Below, in pieces: positions 26,013 to 28,256 of a stretch of 28,256 nt of DNA (position 1 is the stretch's first letter; the number at the start of each line of letters is the position of its first letter). The DNA is from a virus (Duplodnaviria; Caudoviricetes), in IMG/VR virus record IMGVR_UViG_3300037313_000087, positions 1-28,256 of that record. One strand, written 5' to 3'. The notes beneath the pieces were generated by a model, which saw only the letters and a program-made list of their open reading frames with translations, was not told the origin of the DNA and did no database searches. The position numbers and the translations under genes are program-made.

Positions 26013-26255
26013 TCACCTGATGACTACCCGTGATCCCAACATATAACAAGCAGCGCATATCAACTGCTTGGTTCCTCCGACTGATTTGCCGTTTCTTATC
26101 GTGACACCAATCTTTGTTTCTATGACCTCGCGGCATCCGCAGCGGGGGCATTGTGCTATCTGCTCAGGCTTATCCATCGCTTTGACGCGATCACGCACAC
26201 GCTGTTTAGGCGTGTCTGCCTGCTGCGATTTAGTGATGACTCTAAGCTTTGCCAT
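26013..26255 (-). CDS. Small Zn-ribbon protein
   Basis: CPRC...CAAC. ATG at 26255 preferred over GTG at 26261. Confidence 0.78.
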   Translation of the reverse strand: MAKLRVITKSQQADTPKQRVRDRVKAMDKPEQIAQCPRCGCREVIETKIGVTIRNGKSVGGTKQLICAACYMLGSRVVIR

Positions 26256-26260
26256 GCTCA

Positions 26261-27370
26261 CTATTCTATGCCTGCTTTCCTAAAAGCGGCAGCATCTCGA
26301 GCGCGCAATTGCTCGAGCGTCAGCCACTTCCCCTTGTTGCTGTAGAAGTTCTCGAGATCCAGCCCGCCATCGCGCAGCAACTTGCCTCTAGTCTCGCCAA
26401 GAATGTCGTCTTGCCTTGCGGCACTCTGCTTCTTGATCCAGTCCGCATAGGTCATGTCGGCAGGGACTTGGCCGTCCATACTCGCCCTAGTTTTAATGTC
26501 AGTCTCTTCCAGATCCAAGCCGAGTTCTTTATAGCTCTTGAGTACAGGGACCGAGGTAGAGCGGCAGTTCCAGTGCAAGCGCCCCGGTCCCGCAAGCCAT
26601 GGGATGCTGTGATCAATCGGCTTATGTTCATTGGTCGTGTACTCAAGATGATCCCTGATCCTGCATTGCGTAGATGTCTTATTGTCAAGCGTAGAAAGCC
26701 ACATAACAGATTTCAGAATATCTGCGTTCGCCTCATAGACCTTGTCCCGCGTCACGCCTGCCATGTGGCTGATCGCCGTCTGCACCACTGCCTGCGCATG
26801 TCTGCGGTCGATCTCGATAATCCCGTCTGCGTAGCCCATCGCCCGAGTGCCGCGTATCCTCTGCACAATCTCGCTGTTCGACTGGCCTTCGACGTAGGCG
26901 ATGCGGATCGCGTCACGAATGCGCGCCATGCGGTCCTCTTCGATGCTGCTCGCCCACTCCTTCAGCAACCTGCCCTGAAACGGCCTACTCATCGCCGCCG
27001 TATATGCCTGCTCTGCTGTCACTGCGGTATAGGTCACTTCGACAGGCAGCACATCCTCGAATAGTTGCTGCTGAAATCCGGTTTCGTAGTCAGCGAAGTC
27101 GCGCAATTCGCTCGAGAGTTCCTGCTCTACCTTTTCGTACGCCTGCTTGTTCAGCGAGCGGACAGACTGCAACATCGTCTCGAGCCGATCTACCGTAAAG
27201 TTATCCGGTGACACGCTCTCGAGCGCCTGCGAGATCTGCGCAAACAGGTCTGCATCTACCTTGTTCAGCACGGCGATAATGCGACGCACTACGCCATTGC
27301 TGTAGCGGTCTAGGTTGATCGCATGCGCGACCGACTCATGCGCCAGTCGTTCGTTTGCCGTTAGAGGCAT
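26261..27370 (-). CDS. Head morphogenesis / minor head protein (SPP1 gp7, Mu gpF family)
   Basis: W-STLD-KTS--C--RD and GRLHWNCRST motifs, RASMDGQVP; lies after the portal. Confidence 0.92.
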   Translation of the reverse strand: MPLTANERLAHESVAHAINLDRYSNGVVRRIIAVLNKVDADLFAQISQALESVSPDNFTVDRLETMLQSVRSLNKQAYEKVEQELSSELRDFADYETGFQQQLFEDVLPVEVTYTAVTAEQAYTAAMSRPFQGRLLKEWASSIEEDRMARIRDAIRIAYVEGQSNSEIVQRIRGTRAMGYADGIIEIDRRHAQAVVQTAISHMAGVTRDKVYEANADILKSVMWLSTLDNKTSTQCRIRDHLEYTTNEHKPIDHSIPWLAGPGRLHWNCRSTSVPVLKSYKELGLDLEETDIKTRASMDGQVPADMTYADWIKKQSAARQDDILGETRGKLLRDGGLDLENFYSNKGKWLTLEQLRARDAAAFRKAGIE

Positions 27371-27603
27371 TATCTGAACATCTTGCGGGTAATATCCATC
27401 ACATCAGGCTCTTCGACTTGCTCCTGCTTTAGTTGAATAGCTGGAGCATCCTTTTTCGGCCAAACGGGAATTGCTTTGCATCCATTAAAAAGAAAAAACG
27501 TTGGCCATGCGTCATTAGGGAGTTTCAACTTCGGCCAATCAGTAGTAGAACCTGTGGCCCAATCCTCAAAAGTGCATTCTAAAATCACTGTTCCGTCTTC
27601 CAT
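27370..27603 (-). CDS. Hypothetical protein (77 aa)
   Basis: AAGGA RBS, fills the portal-gpF gap, TAATG overlap with the next gene. Confidence 0.7.
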   Translation of the reverse strand: MEDGTVILECTFEDWATGSTTDWPKLKLPNDAWPTFFLFNGCKAIPVWPKKDAPAIQLKQEQVEEPDVMDITRKMFR

Positions 27604-27616
27604 TTCGATTCCTTGT

Positions 27617-28255
27617 CTATGCTGCTGCGTTACCCTGTTTCGTATTGCCGGTCATCGTGCCGAGGGCTGGACCTTGGGCGTCAAGCCGCTCCCTCTCTTG
27701 CTCCCATGTCAACTCAGGGCGGACGATATTACGGCGCTGCAGTTCCTCGAACACGGTTTCTTGCGACAGGTTGCCGCTTGCTCCCATCTTCTGCAGGATG
27801 TCAGCAGATATCGATGCAAGCATCTCCACGCCGAAGTCTTTATGCAGAGTGACATGACCACCTGTCTTCTCGCCTACCCATTCCGCAAAAATCTGCATGG
27901 CCTGGTCGAGAGCGTCCTCCAAATCCTCGGTAGTGCGCTGCAGTGCGCAACGGCCCTGCTCATTGTCAGCCTGAGTCTGTGCTTCTGTGATGTTCGCCGG
28001 CTTGATGACCAGTAGCTCTGCTCCGGCCTGACGCATCTGGTCTTCCAGATCCAGAAGCAGATCACGCCCTGCTGATATTGCTTTGCCATCGTGCTCAACA
28101 TACTTTAAATCTGCGTCGGGACTTTCCGACTTGATAGCGGAACTTGCCCCGACCGTGATAGGTGCCTCTCCTAACATCTTGGCGAACAGGATTGGTACAC
28201 ATCCCATGTGGACGATGTTATCCCGATCCGATTGCACCTGAAAATGTTTGACGTT
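27617..28255 (-). CDS. Portal protein, C-terminal part (DUF4055-like; 5' end beyond window)
   Basis: Frame open to the window edge: NVKHFQVQSDRDNIVH---VPILF, DLKYVEH-G-AI-AGR, LEDQM--AGAELL, LEDALDQA, LS-ET-F-ELQRR. Confidence 0.9.
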   Translation of the reverse strand, partial: NVKHFQVQSDRDNIVHMGCVPILFAKMLGEAPITVGASSAIKSESPDADLKYVEHDGKAISAGRDLLLDLEDQMRQAGAELLVIKPANITEAQTQADNEQGRCALQRTTEDLEDALDQAMQIFAEWVGEKTGGHVTLHKDFGVEMLASISADILQKMGASGNLSQETVFEELQRRNIVRPELTWEQERERLDAQGPALGTMTGNTKQGNAAA

Positions 28256-28256
28256 G

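Larger units (their letters stand above)
1..28256 (-). mobile_element. Phage/prophage structural (head-neck-tail) module, siphovirus-like
   Basis: Contiguous co-oriented genes in canonical order: portal, head morphogenesis, scaffold, capsid, neck, tail tube, chaperones, tape measure, tail tip. No sheath gene. No integrase or att site in the window, so prophage versus free phage cannot be decided. Confidence 0.96.

Overview
The whole window is one minus-strand virion morphogenesis operon of a long-tailed (siphovirus-like) phage or prophage, cut at both edges. In transcription order (high to low coordinate) it encodes: portal (partial), small unknown, head morphogenesis protein, Zn-ribbon protein, moron-like gene, scaffold, P22-like major capsid protein, a fibre-like cassette (55 aa, 138 aa, Cys-rich 75 aa, 726-aa repeat protein, adaptor), head-tail joining genes, tail tube, frameshifted tail chaperones and tape measure. 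Four carbohydrate-interacting tail genes follow, the last missed by the ORF track because it runs off the left edge (2302 to <1). The most unusual aspect is the modular accessory proteins. Three domains and a 21-aa motif are shared among four genes, and the 1001-aa gene is built from copies of them plus a DUF4874/DUF4832-like hydrolase. One LamG domain looks circularly permuted, and an apparently dead SGNH domain is nested inside an apparently dead GH16 domain next to an intact GH16. There are also eight intrinsic terminators inside the operon and three AG(U/A)AA-loop hairpins in the scaffold leader. Family names come from motif recognition by eye; no searches were run.
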